Below are positions 48,932 through 57,372 of a stretch of 64,000 nucleotides of DNA, piece after piece. The DNA is from an uncultured virus (IMG/VR IMGVR_UViG_3300031673_000016) (Duplodnaviria; Heunggongvirae; Uroviricota; Caudoviricetes). The notes under the pieces are model-generated. The model was not told the DNA's origin and searched no databases. It worked only from the letters and a program-made list of their open reading frames with translations. The stretch's first letter is position 1. Each line of letters opens with the position of its first letter. The translations under genes were made by a program, and so were the position numbers. Where the stretch lies: IMG/VR virus record IMGVR_UViG_3300031673_000016; one strand, written 5' to 3'.

Positions 48932-49390
48932 ATGCCCAAGGACACAACCTCTCTCTCATCGACTCTCACCTTCGACCACAAGGGCATTCGGTTGTCGTGG
49001 AAGCTCCTCCTTGTCGTCGCCGCGATGATCGCTGGAGGCGGCGCGGGGTCGTACGGACTTCAGGCATTCTTCGGTGCGAGTGCCTCTGCCGACGAGATAA
49101 AGGGGCTCGAATCCAGGAACGATGGCGAACACGGCGTGATGCGCGGCGGAATCGAGCAGTGTCAGGAGACTACTGCGGAGAACTCCACGGCGATCAAGGC
49201 GGTCACGACCACGGTGGGCAAGATCGAGTCCACCCAGGTGCGGGACATTGCCCGGAAGGAGGCTCGTCGTCTGACCGACGAGCTGCGGAATCGGCGCCAG
49301 GCCGATGTCGAGTACGACCGACTCTTCGAGCAGAACCTCCGACGCATGTCCAGGGGGCTCGACCCGTGCGGATCCCTGGCGTGTGAATAG
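48932..49390 (+). CDS. single-pass membrane protein with coiled coil (holin/spanin-like candidate)
   Basis: N-terminal hydrophobic segment WKLLLVVAAMIAGG; end of the late operon. Confidence 0.5.
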   Translation: MPKDTTSLSSTLTFDHKGIRLSWKLLLVVAAMIAGGGAGSYGLQAFFGASASADEIKGLESRNDGEHGVMRGGIEQCQETTAENSTAIKAVTTTVGKIESTQVRDIARKEARRLTDELRNRRQADVEYDRLFEQNLRRMSRGLDPCGSLACE

Positions 49391-49663
49391 CGAGGACGCT
49401 GATCGGCGGTTTGCAACCGCTATCGACGTCGCCGTGCTAACTATCTTCCTGGCCTGGTCCGGTACAACGATCATCGCAGCACGGCCTTGCCGGGCACGGA
49501 CATCCCGCGCTCTGTGACGGGAAACCCGCGCCACCAAAGGCCATCCCTGTTTCAGCATACCTGAAATTATTTTAGCCTTGCAGGGACTAGGTTTCCCGCG
49601 CTCGACGGCGGGAAAGCCTTACAGCTGTAGGCCGGGATAAATCGCACCGCCGGGCACAAAAAA

Positions 49664-49692
49664 GTGTACGTGGGCATATAAAGGTATATGAT
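49664..49692 (+). promoter_or_regulatory. early promoter copy 1
   Basis: A-tract, GTGTAC-17-TATGAT in an AT-rich intergenic island. Confidence 0.7.
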
Positions 49693-49733
49693 GCAGGTAG
49701 TAGTTGATAGCAAGTAGGAAGGACGGACGGACG

Positions 49734-49835
49734 ATGAAAACCCTGATGAACGCCTGGAAGGCCGCGAAAACCCTGGCGAAGGAAACGACCGGCATGACCA
49801 CCTGGCAGTGGTTCCGGATTCTGAGGACGAAGTAA
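49734..49835 (+). CDS. 33-aa peptide
   Basis: MKTLMNAWKAAKTLAKETTGMTTWQWFRILRTK; purine-rich leader; first ORF after the promoter. Confidence 0.55.
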   Translation: MKTLMNAWKAAKTLAKETTGMTTWQWFRILRTK

Positions 49836-49872
49836 CAACCCGGCCGGAAGGCCGACGAAAGAGAGGCACCCC

Positions 49873-50586
49873 ATGACGACGAATACCGAGACGATGACCG
49901 CGACGACGATGAACGGCCTCGAAGTTTCCCTCAAAGTGTACGAGCCGATCAGCGGCGTAACCGTCCTCGAAGACGGCTGGAAGGAACTGCTCGCGGCGGC
50001 GATACGGATCGCGGTCGAACCGAAGGACGGCGAGCAGATCCGGATTCACGATGGCCTCGACCTGGTCGTCGAGGTCCGGAGGGAGGGATGGTACAGCTTC
50101 GAGGTGCGGCTCGAGGACGAGTGCTCGCGCTTTGCCTTCGAAGACATCCGGCGCATGGCGAACGGCGACGTGGCGAAGGGAGTGAAGCTCGTGACGCGGG
50201 CCAGCTGGTCGTGCCTCGGAACGGTTCCGGTCGAAGCGGCCATCGAATTCGCGAAGCGCCTGAACGAGGTCGTCGCCCAGGTCGAGCGCGGCTTCCGGCT
50301 CTGGGCCCGCGGCCAGGAATTCGTGCGGATCTACGAGACCGCGGCGAAGGAGCTTGAGCGCGCCGAGGACCTGGCGATTTCCAGACTGATTCAGGCTGCC
50401 TGGCGGGAGCAGATTCCCGAGGCGAAGAAGAACCTGAACTCGAAGCGCAAGCTGTCGGTTCCGGCGCTCGGCGGGTTCGCCGGTCGGACCTTCGAGATCT
50501 ACATGCCGAAGGACGCGAAGGGCCGCACGCTGCTCGCCTCTGTGACGGTGTTCACCGGCGGCGCGTGCGTGGCGGTGAAGGCGTAG
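49873..50586 (+). CDS. hypothetical early protein
   Basis: SD GAGG; 237 aa. Confidence 0.65.
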   Translation: MTTNTETMTATTMNGLEVSLKVYEPISGVTVLEDGWKELLAAAIRIAVEPKDGEQIRIHDGLDLVVEVRREGWYSFEVRLEDECSRFAFEDIRRMANGDVAKGVKLVTRASWSCLGTVPVEAAIEFAKRLNEVVAQVERGFRLWARGQEFVRIYETAAKELERAEDLAISRLIQAAWREQIPEAKKNLNSKRKLSVPALGGFAGRTFEIYMPKDAKGRTLLASVTVFTGGACVAVKA

Positions 50587-50625
50587 GTCGATCCGCAGCT
50601 GACGCTGCAGAAGCAGGAGGACGCG

Positions 50626-50844
50626 ATGAAGAGCTGGTCAGTCGATTCGAAAGCCCTCTACCTGTGCGACAACGGAGCCTGCTACTGCGGTCGACACCTC
50701 GGCGCGACGGCGACGTTCAGCGGGCACGATATCAGCGGACAGGCGGTCGAGCGTGTGACACCAGCAGGAGTACGGGCCTGCCGCGATTCCGGTTGGGAAC
50801 CACGATGCGAGGCGTGCGGCGCGACGGCGTCGGTACTGCACTAG
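50626..50844 (+). CDS. small Cys-rich early protein
   Basis: SD AGGAGG; CYCGRH..CEACG. Confidence 0.65.
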   Translation: MKSWSVDSKALYLCDNGACYCGRHLGATATFSGHDISGQAVERVTPAGVRACRDSGWEPRCEACGATASVLH

Positions 50845-50846
50845 AC

Positions 50847-50864
50847 GCGGCACGGGGCCGCAGA
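50847..50864 (+). repeat. intergenic 18-bp hairpin repeat, copy 1
   Basis: GCGGCACGGGGCCGCAGA, identical to 51876-51893. Confidence 0.8.
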
Positions 50865-50879
50865 CAACAGGAGGATGAG

Positions 50880-51056
50880 ATGAAATACGTAATCGAGAGA
50901 ATGAACGGCGTGACCCGCGAATGGTGGACCGGCCAACGCTGGTCGCAGGTGGATACCGATGCGACCTGGTACGACACCCGCAGCGCAGCCGAGCAGGTGG
51001 TAGCCAGCGCCCATCGCGGGCGAGCTGCCGAGGTCGTCGGCTACGACTGGTGGTAG
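50880..51056 (+). CDS. small Trp-rich early protein
   Basis: SD AGGAGG; MKYVIERMNG..., 58 aa. Confidence 0.6.
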   Translation: MKYVIERMNGVTREWWTGQRWSQVDTDATWYDTRSAAEQVVASAHRGRAAEVVGYDWW

Positions 51057-51154
51057 CCTGCCCCTCCCCGCACAGCGCCCCGGTGCAACTCCGGGACGGG
51101 GAGCCGCCGCGATGATGCGGCCATCTGAACGCGGAAACGCGGGAGGTATGAGAA

Positions 51155-51349
51155 ATGGCAACGTACAAGATGGAAGACGGGACCGTGGTCAAGACCGAGA
51201 ACGCAACGAAGTCCTACGAAGAGGACACGCGATGGGACGGGCACAATCACATCTCGCTCAACACCGGGTCGCAGTGGGCGCACCAGACCTTGCACCGCAG
51301 CCGGAAGGGGCGGTACTGGCTGGAGTGCTCGTCGCAGCGGTGGCGGTAG
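51155..51349 (+). CDS. small early protein, possibly truncated
   Basis: SD GGAGGT; 64 aa. Confidence 0.55.
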   Translation: MATYKMEDGTVVKTENATKSYEEDTRWDGHNHISLNTGSQWAHQTLHRSRKGRYWLECSSQRWR

Positions 51350-51604
51350 GATCGGCGCCGACGTCGCTTTCCTGTTCGGCGTGAAGCAGAGGCAGATGCG
51401 CGAGGTCCGGTGGATCACGGCGTCTTCCGTTCGTGAAGTCAGGAAGGCGAACGGGGTGGCGTCATGAACGACACGATGCGCGACCTGGTCGACGACCTGG
51501 TCGCGCTGCTGCCGGCCGGATTCATGCACCTGGCGGAGTGGCGGCGCTCCTAAGTAAGGGAAATGATTACGGGAACACGAAAGTATATCTTTGTTTAAAA
51601 AAAG

Positions 51605-51633
51605 GTGTACAGGGGCATACAAGGGTATATGAT
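51605..51633 (+). promoter_or_regulatory. early promoter copy 2
   Basis: A-tract, GTGTAC-17-TATGAT, near-identical to copy 1. Confidence 0.7.
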
Positions 51634-51675
51634 ATAGGTAGTGGAAGTAACAACGCGGCACCAAGGAGCAGAAAA

Positions 51676-51876
51676 ATGAAACTCTCAACGGCAAAGGCGA
51701 TGGTCAGGCGGATTAACAAGCGCGAAGGAGAAGGCGTGGCGAGCCTTTATGAAGGCTACTCCGGCCGGTACATGTACGGGGACAAGACCGAGGGCGTGGT
51801 GGCTCCGTTCTGGGCGCTGCCCGAGAACAGCAAGTATCGTCGGGACAACATGGGCATGGACATGATCATTTACTAG
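51676..51876 (+). CDS. small early protein
   Basis: SD AAGGAG; YSGRYMYG..DNMGMDMIIY; 66 aa. Confidence 0.65.
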   Translation: MKLSTAKAMVRRINKREGEGVASLYEGYSGRYMYGDKTEGVVAPFWALPENSKYRRDNMGMDMIIY

Positions 51877-51893
51877 CGGCACGGGGCCGCAGA
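51876..51893 (+). repeat. intergenic 18-bp hairpin repeat, copy 2
   Basis: Identical to 50847-50864. Confidence 0.8.
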
Positions 51894-51999
51894 AAGTAGC
51901 GTAGTGAACGAAACGAGAAATACCGTTGAGACTCCGACCGGAACCGCCGAAGTGCAGCCGGTCGGCCAAACCGGGGCGATGCCCCAGGAGATGAAGACC

Positions 52000-53535
52000 A
52001 TGACCAAGAACGTGACGAGAGCAACCGTGATCGCGAAGACCGTCTCCCAGATGAAGGATTCCTTCAGCCCCGAGGCCAGGGCCACGGCGCGCAAGCTGCT
52101 CGCCAGGGCGAACAACGAGCGCGAGGCGATGCTGCCCCGCTGGGTTCCGGCGATGGCCAACGCCCTCGGCGAGAAGAACTCCGCCGCGATGACGCTCGAC
52201 CGCCTGGATGATATCGTCGGCGCGATCTCCTTCGCGCCGATCTCGACGGCCGCGCCGCAGGCCCCGGTGAAGGCGAAGTCCGAACCGAAGCCCGAGCCGA
52301 AGCCCGAGCCCGAGCCGAAGCCCGAGCCCGTCGCCCAGGTGAAGCCGAAGGTCGAGGCGAAGGCCGCGACGAACGCGAAGGCGCACGCCCCGAAAATCGC
52401 CGACGTCGCGAAGGCGATCAGCCAGGCCGAGGGGAAGCACCTCGGAGACCTGTGCGGCTGGGCGCTGACCGGTAGCCGCCCGAAATCCGAAGTGGAGGCG
52501 CTCGCGGCGCTCTACGACCTAACCGACGACCTGGCGTTCCCGAAGCTGACGCCGAACGCGTGCTACCGCAAGGCCATCCAGCAGGTCTTCTCCGTCGGCA
52601 CGAAGGACCAGCGGCGGGCGATGGCGTATCTCGTCGAGGACAGCGCCGACAAGCTGGTTCACGCCATCGTGACCTCGAAGGTCATCGACGGTAACGACGA
52701 TATCGTCTCCGCGAAGGACGCGAGCTTCACGACCGAAATCAAGGTCGGCTTTGACAAAGCGGCGTACCGCGAAGGCGCGAGCGCCGAGGCGTGCCTGGTC
52801 AGCGAAGACCCGAACCACGCCTCGTTCCAGAAACTGCGCACCGTGTACCTCTCGCTCGCCGAGACCTACCTCACGAACGACATCCGGAATGCTTTCCAGG
52901 TGGCGTTCCGCGCATGGGACGCGTGCCCCCTCCTGCCGCACGGCGGACTCTGGTACATCCCGGCGAATCGCGCCGAGAAGGTCCGCGCCTGGCACGGCTT
53001 CATGACGGACCTCGGCATGACTACCGTCGTCATCCCGGCCTTCGATACGGCCGAAACCATCGCGTCGCTCCGCGAGGCGACGCGCGCCGGGCTCGAAGGC
53101 CAGCTCGCCGACCTGTTCTGGCTGTTCGAGCAGTACGACACGGCGGGATGGGAGACGGTCCGCACGTCGACCCTCGAGACCCGCGTCGCCGACTTCGACG
53201 CACTCCGGAACCGCGCCGAGCTCTACCAGGCGATCCTCGGAACCACGGCTGACGACCTGAAGGAGAAGGTCGCCGCCGCCGCCGACCGGCTCACGCAGGA
53301 CATCACGAAGCGCCACGCCGACGAAGCCGCCGACGAGGCGAAGGCCCAGGCCGAGAAGGAGGAGGCTGCCGAGGCGAAGGCGGAGGCGAAGGCCGCGGCG
53401 AAGGCCGCGGCGAAGGTCGAGAAGGACGGCGCGAAGGCCGCGGGCGACGCCGGCAACATCCGGAACGAGAAGACCGCCAGCGCCACGGTGAAGGCCTCGC
53501 CCCGGAAGCCGGGCCGGAAGGTCGCCGCCGCCTAG
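52000..53535 (+). CDS. DUF6744/DUF3150-like protein with PK/PE linker and Ala/Lys-rich tail
   Basis: LGDLCGWAL, PHGGLWYIP, AELYQAILG; start uncertain (51904-52000), SD AGGAG suits 52000. Confidence 0.6.
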   Translation: MTKNVTRATVIAKTVSQMKDSFSPEARATARKLLARANNEREAMLPRWVPAMANALGEKNSAAMTLDRLDDIVGAISFAPISTAAPQAPVKAKSEPKPEPKPEPEPKPEPVAQVKPKVEAKAATNAKAHAPKIADVAKAISQAEGKHLGDLCGWALTGSRPKSEVEALAALYDLTDDLAFPKLTPNACYRKAIQQVFSVGTKDQRRAMAYLVEDSADKLVHAIVTSKVIDGNDDIVSAKDASFTTEIKVGFDKAAYREGASAEACLVSEDPNHASFQKLRTVYLSLAETYLTNDIRNAFQVAFRAWDACPLLPHGGLWYIPANRAEKVRAWHGFMTDLGMTTVVIPAFDTAETIASLREATRAGLEGQLADLFWLFEQYDTAGWETVRTSTLETRVADFDALRNRAELYQAILGTTADDLKEKVAAAADRLTQDITKRHADEAADEAKAQAEKEEAAEAKAEAKAAAKAAAKVEKDGAKAAGDAGNIRNEKTASATVKASPRKPGRKVAAA

Positions 53536-53818
53536 CACCACGCCCTGAACGCCTCCTGCCTCGCCCTAGGATACGCCACGAACCAAGCCACCAGGAAAGC
53601 CGGACGGATAGCCGACCGTCTTTCCTGGTTCGCCGTGGAACGGGCCGTTCCGGCGACCGGCGTGACGTCGACCAGGTAAGCGATAATTCGACACGCGAAG
53701 CAGTATCTTGAACGCCAAATCGTTAGAAGCCGTGCAGTGCAAGGACTGTAGCGTTTCAGACTCGTGAAATCCTTGCAGGAGTAAGGAAATAAAAATCGCA
53801 CCAGCCGTGTATAAAAAT

Positions 53819-53847
53819 ATGTCTATGTATACAGAAAGGCGTATTAT
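53819..53847 (+). promoter_or_regulatory. early promoter copy 3
   Basis: A-tract, ATGTCT-17-TATTAT; upstream AAATCGCACC shared with copy 1. Confidence 0.6.
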
Positions 53848-53884
53848 GTAGGTGATGGAACGTACCACAAAGGAAGGCACCCCA

Positions 53885-55072
53885 ATGACCACGAAGATGA
53901 ACGGCACGAAGAACGGCGCGAAGACGAGGCTCGCTGATGTCCGGAAGCAGGTGAAGGCCCGCTTCGTCGAGCGGTCGCCGCTCGTCGACGGCGCGCTGAC
54001 CGCGCTCATCGCCCGCGACCACCTCCTGATGCTCGGTCTTCCCGGCACGGCGAAGTCGGACATCGCGGAGCAGATCGCCCGCTGCATCGCGTCCTCGTTC
54101 TTCGACATCCAGCTGACGAAGGACACGGCCCCCGAGGAAGTGTTCGGCATGTTCAGCGCCAAGAAGATGATGGAGGAAGACCGCTACGAGCGGCGCATCG
54201 ACGGCGTCGCGCCGGCCTGCCAGGTCTGGTTCCTCGACGAAATCTTCAAGAGCTCGTCCGCGCTCCTGAACGGCTTCCTCCTGGCGATGCAGCAGCGCAA
54301 GATGCGCAACGGCTCCGAGATGGTCGACCTTCCGCTCGAGACCGTGATGGCGGCGTCGAACGAATACCCCGAGGACAGCAGCCTCGACGCTCTCTATGAC
54401 CGCTTCGCGATGAAGTTCTGGCTCGACTACATCGGCGACGACGACGCGATGCTGAGGCTGATGGTTCACGGCCCGTCGCCGGTCGACGCGAAGCTCGAGG
54501 CGGGCGACCTGGAAGACCTTCGCGCCGCGGCCGAGGCGCTGCCCTGGGGCGACGAGGAAGGCCGGATCCTCCTCGCGGTCAAGAAGTCCTGCGCCGACGC
54601 CGGGTTCATCGCGTCCGACCGCACGTGGATCGGCAAGGCCCCGAAGCTGATCCGGGCCCGCGCCATCCTGAACGGCCACGACCGCGTCATGCCGGGTGAC
54701 TTCCTCGTCCTCGCCGACGTGATCTGGAAGCGCCACACCGACCGGCCGACGCTCCTGAAGACGGTCGGCAACGCGTCGGATCCCTACGGCGCGCGGGCCT
54801 CCTCCATCATCGACGGCGTGCGGATCGCGATGGCGAAGCTCCCCAGCATCGACGACGTGAAGACCGGCGTCCTGACGAAGCCCGCGGCCTCGAAGATCAT
54901 GGGCGAAATTCAGGGCGAGCTCGCCGGTCGCCGTGACGCCATCATGGAGGTCGTCGAGAAGTCGCCGGACAACGACGCGGTGAAGGAGGCGGTCGACGCC
55001 GTAGAGACGGCTCTGGCCCTCCTCGCGAAGCGCGGCAAGGAGATCACCCTGTACCGCCCCGTGAGCCTGTAG
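53885..55072 (+). CDS. MoxR-family AAA+ ATPase (RavA-like)
   Basis: GLPGTAKS Walker A, FLDEIFK Walker B, ASNEYP, ALYDRF. Confidence 0.9.
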   Translation: MTTKMNGTKNGAKTRLADVRKQVKARFVERSPLVDGALTALIARDHLLMLGLPGTAKSDIAEQIARCIASSFFDIQLTKDTAPEEVFGMFSAKKMMEEDRYERRIDGVAPACQVWFLDEIFKSSSALLNGFLLAMQQRKMRNGSEMVDLPLETVMAASNEYPEDSSLDALYDRFAMKFWLDYIGDDDAMLRLMVHGPSPVDAKLEAGDLEDLRAAAEALPWGDEEGRILLAVKKSCADAGFIASDRTWIGKAPKLIRARAILNGHDRVMPGDFLVLADVIWKRHTDRPTLLKTVGNASDPYGARASSIIDGVRIAMAKLPSIDDVKTGVLTKPAASKIMGEIQGELAGRRDAIMEVVEKSPDNDAVKEAVDAVETALALLAKRGKEITLYRPVSL

Positions 55073-55092
55073 GAAGGAAAAGGAGAACGACG

Positions 55093-56556
55093 ATGAAGCC
55101 TCTCATCTACAACGCCTCCGACTTCGACCGGCACCTCTGGTCTGATCACACCGTGGCCGACCGCGCCGCGGCGCGCGCCGAGTCCGACGGTCGCTCCCGG
55201 TACGAGGCCTTCCCGTCCTTCGCCTCCGAGATGTTCCACTTCTTCCACGCCGACGAGCCGCGCCGCCTCGACGAGCCGGGCGCCGGCGCGGAAGTCTTCG
55301 CGAAGCTAGACCGGGCGATGCAGGAGGTTCCCGAAGTCGCGGACCTTCGCGCGCAGACCGTCGGCAACGATACCTGGGCGGGCGTGGTCACGACCTCGAT
55401 GATCGATGAGCTGCTCCGGAAGATTCCGGCGACCGGCGACCAGGTCGGCGACGTCCGCGCCGACGAGGAGACCGTCGACTATCTCGAGCGGCTCCTCGCG
55501 GACGCCGAAGCCGAAGGCGACGACGACCAGGCAGCGGGCATCGAGGAGACGCTGGACGAAGTCATCGAGGGACTCGAGGCGAAGCGCGAAGCGGCGACGA
55601 AGGCGGGCGAGGAGCTCGACATGACGACGGTACGCCAGGCGATGCGGAGGGCGGCGAAGGCGGCGAGCGAGGCCATCGGCGACGCGCAGAAGATGATCGA
55701 GGCGTACGGCGTCGGCCTGGATGAACACAGCGGCCGCGGCGCGCAGATGGCTGTCGGCGCGAAGCTCGCCAAGATCGTCGGCGGGAACGACCGCCTCAAG
55801 AAGATCGCGGAGTTCGCCGGTCGCCTTCGGCGCGTCGCGTCCGAGCAGCAGCGCAGGAAGCCCCGCCTCGGAACGGGCGAGCGTGTCGGTCGTCGGTTCT
55901 CCAACGACCTCGCCCGCCTCTGCTTCCGCGAGTTGGTGTACGGCGCGCCGGGTCTCCGCCATGTCTTCGCCGCGAAGTTTGCTGAGCGCAGCCTCGCGTG
56001 CGTCGAGAAGGCCGACAAGCAGAAGGACCACAAGGGCCCCATCGTGATGGTGCTCGACAGCAGCGGTTCGATGAGCAGCGGCGACGCCGACGTCTGGGCT
56101 GCCGCTGTCTGCCTCGCATACATGGACGTCGCGAAGACCCAGAAAAGGGACTTCGCTATCGTCCACTTCGGAACGAACGTCCTGCGCGTCGACCGCTTCG
56201 TTGGTCGCGAGTCGATGACGCCCGAAGCCATCTGCTCGGCTGTGAATTTTTTCGCCTGTGACGGCGGGACGAATTTCGAGGACAGCCTCTCTGCTGCGGT
56301 CCAGATAATCCGCGAAGAAGGCGCGTTCAAGAAAGCCGACATCATCATGGTGACTGACGGCCAGGCGCCGATCACTGACTCCTGGATGGAGAAGTGGGAG
56401 GCTGACCGGGACGAGCTCGACTTCAGCTGCTACTCGATTCTCGTTGGTTCCTACTGCGACAAGCAGACGAATGAAAAATTCAGCGACGATGTCGCGGTCC
56501 TCGCCGACGCGATTCGGGACGAGAAGGCGATGCACGCGATGTTCGGGAAGGTTTGA
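55093..56556 (+). CDS. VWA-domain protein (ViaA-like)
   Basis: MIDAS DSSGSM, GGTNF, VTDG. Confidence 0.9.
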   Translation: MKPLIYNASDFDRHLWSDHTVADRAAARAESDGRSRYEAFPSFASEMFHFFHADEPRRLDEPGAGAEVFAKLDRAMQEVPEVADLRAQTVGNDTWAGVVTTSMIDELLRKIPATGDQVGDVRADEETVDYLERLLADAEAEGDDDQAAGIEETLDEVIEGLEAKREAATKAGEELDMTTVRQAMRRAAKAASEAIGDAQKMIEAYGVGLDEHSGRGAQMAVGAKLAKIVGGNDRLKKIAEFAGRLRRVASEQQRRKPRLGTGERVGRRFSNDLARLCFRELVYGAPGLRHVFAAKFAERSLACVEKADKQKDHKGPIVMVLDSSGSMSSGDADVWAAAVCLAYMDVAKTQKRDFAIVHFGTNVLRVDRFVGRESMTPEAICSAVNFFACDGGTNFEDSLSAAVQIIREEGAFKKADIIMVTDGQAPITDSWMEKWEADRDELDFSCYSILVGSYCDKQTNEKFSDDVAVLADAIRDEKAMHAMFGKV

Positions 56557-56569
56557 AAGGACCAGTGAT

Positions 56570-56773
56570 ATGACAACTCTTTGCACATGCGGCCATGCGC
56601 GGTCACAACATCACGTCCGAGAGAAGGGCGGCCGTCGCATTTGCGATTACAGCGGCTATGCATGCAACTGCCAGGGCTACAAGCAGGAGAACCGACCCAC
56701 AGAGAGCGCGCAGGCAGCAACCAAGTCAGCTAGCCCAGTCAGGTCATCCGAAGGGAAAGAGGGGGGCAGATGA
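56570..56773 (+). CDS. small Cys/His zinc-finger protein
   Basis: CTCGHARSQH..C..CNC; SD AAGG. Confidence 0.6.
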   Translation: MTTLCTCGHARSQHHVREKGGRRICDYSGYACNCQGYKQENRPTESAQAATKSASPVRSSEGKEGGR

Positions 56774-57111
56774 GTGCGGCGCAACGCAAGCAGCCGGACG
56801 AGTTCTCAGCGGCGAACGCCGCAAGGCGCGCCGAGGCAATCGCCGATCTGGTCCTCAGCGGACAGGTCGAGCCCGGTTCCGGGGCGCGGAGGATCGCAGC
56901 CGAGTACCACGCCTTCATGAGAGCCCTGGCCAACGACAGCCCAGGGGGTCCGGAGGAAGCTGCGTCAATCACGTTCGCCCTTGGGGTCGGCCTGGATGCC
57001 GCCCTGGCGCGCCTGGCGAAGCGGGGCCCGGTCCTCGTCCGCTACATCGACGGCGACGCCCTGGTCACGATGTTGATGCCGGACGGACCGCCGAAAGGGA
57101 TGGGAGGTTGA
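56770..57111 (+). CDS. hypothetical protein
   Basis: ATGA-coupled 113-aa ORF. Confidence 0.55.
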   Translation: MSAAQRKQPDEFSAANAARRAEAIADLVLSGQVEPGSGARRIAAEYHAFMRALANDSPGGPEEAASITFALGVGLDAALARLAKRGPVLVRYIDGDALVTMLMPDGPPKGMGG

Positions 57112-57199
57112 GAACGACCCAGGAGGCCATCAGAGGCGCTGCCGGGCGGCAGGGGTGCCTAGCCTGTCCGCGCCAAGGGAGGCGCTCCTGGGTCGTTCT
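57111..57199. repeat. 89-bp element with perfect 15-bp terminal inverted repeats
   Basis: AGAACGACCCAGGAG (57111-57125) / CTCCTGGGTCGTTCT (57185-57199). Confidence 0.75.
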
Positions 57200-57372
57200 G
57201 AACGCCCCAGGAAGGAAGGAAGACTAGTTCCGAGGACGAAGACGAAGGAAGAAGGACAAAGACGAGACGTAATTGCGCTGACGGTGTAATCTGTGCCAGG
57301 TCGTCGACCGGCCGGTCGGAAGGCCGAAGGCGCAAAGCCGGACCGCCGAGAGCGGTTAGGAAGGGGTTCTAG

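Noticed and set aside
51075..51115. Cobalamin riboswitch suggested by CGGTGCAACTCCG
   Set aside because: No preceding GGGAA, no following GCnACTG, no B12 box, and the gap is too short
52282..52330. Short tandem repeat CCGAAGCCCGAG as a phase-variation tract
   Set aside because: Units are multiples of 3 and encode a PK/PE linker, so slippage would not shift the frame
57300..57360. c-di-GMP-I riboswitch suggested by GGCGCAAAGCC after a GNRA hairpin
   Set aside because: The upstream GGCAAA element and a convincing P1/P3 arrangement are missing; kept only as generic hairpins
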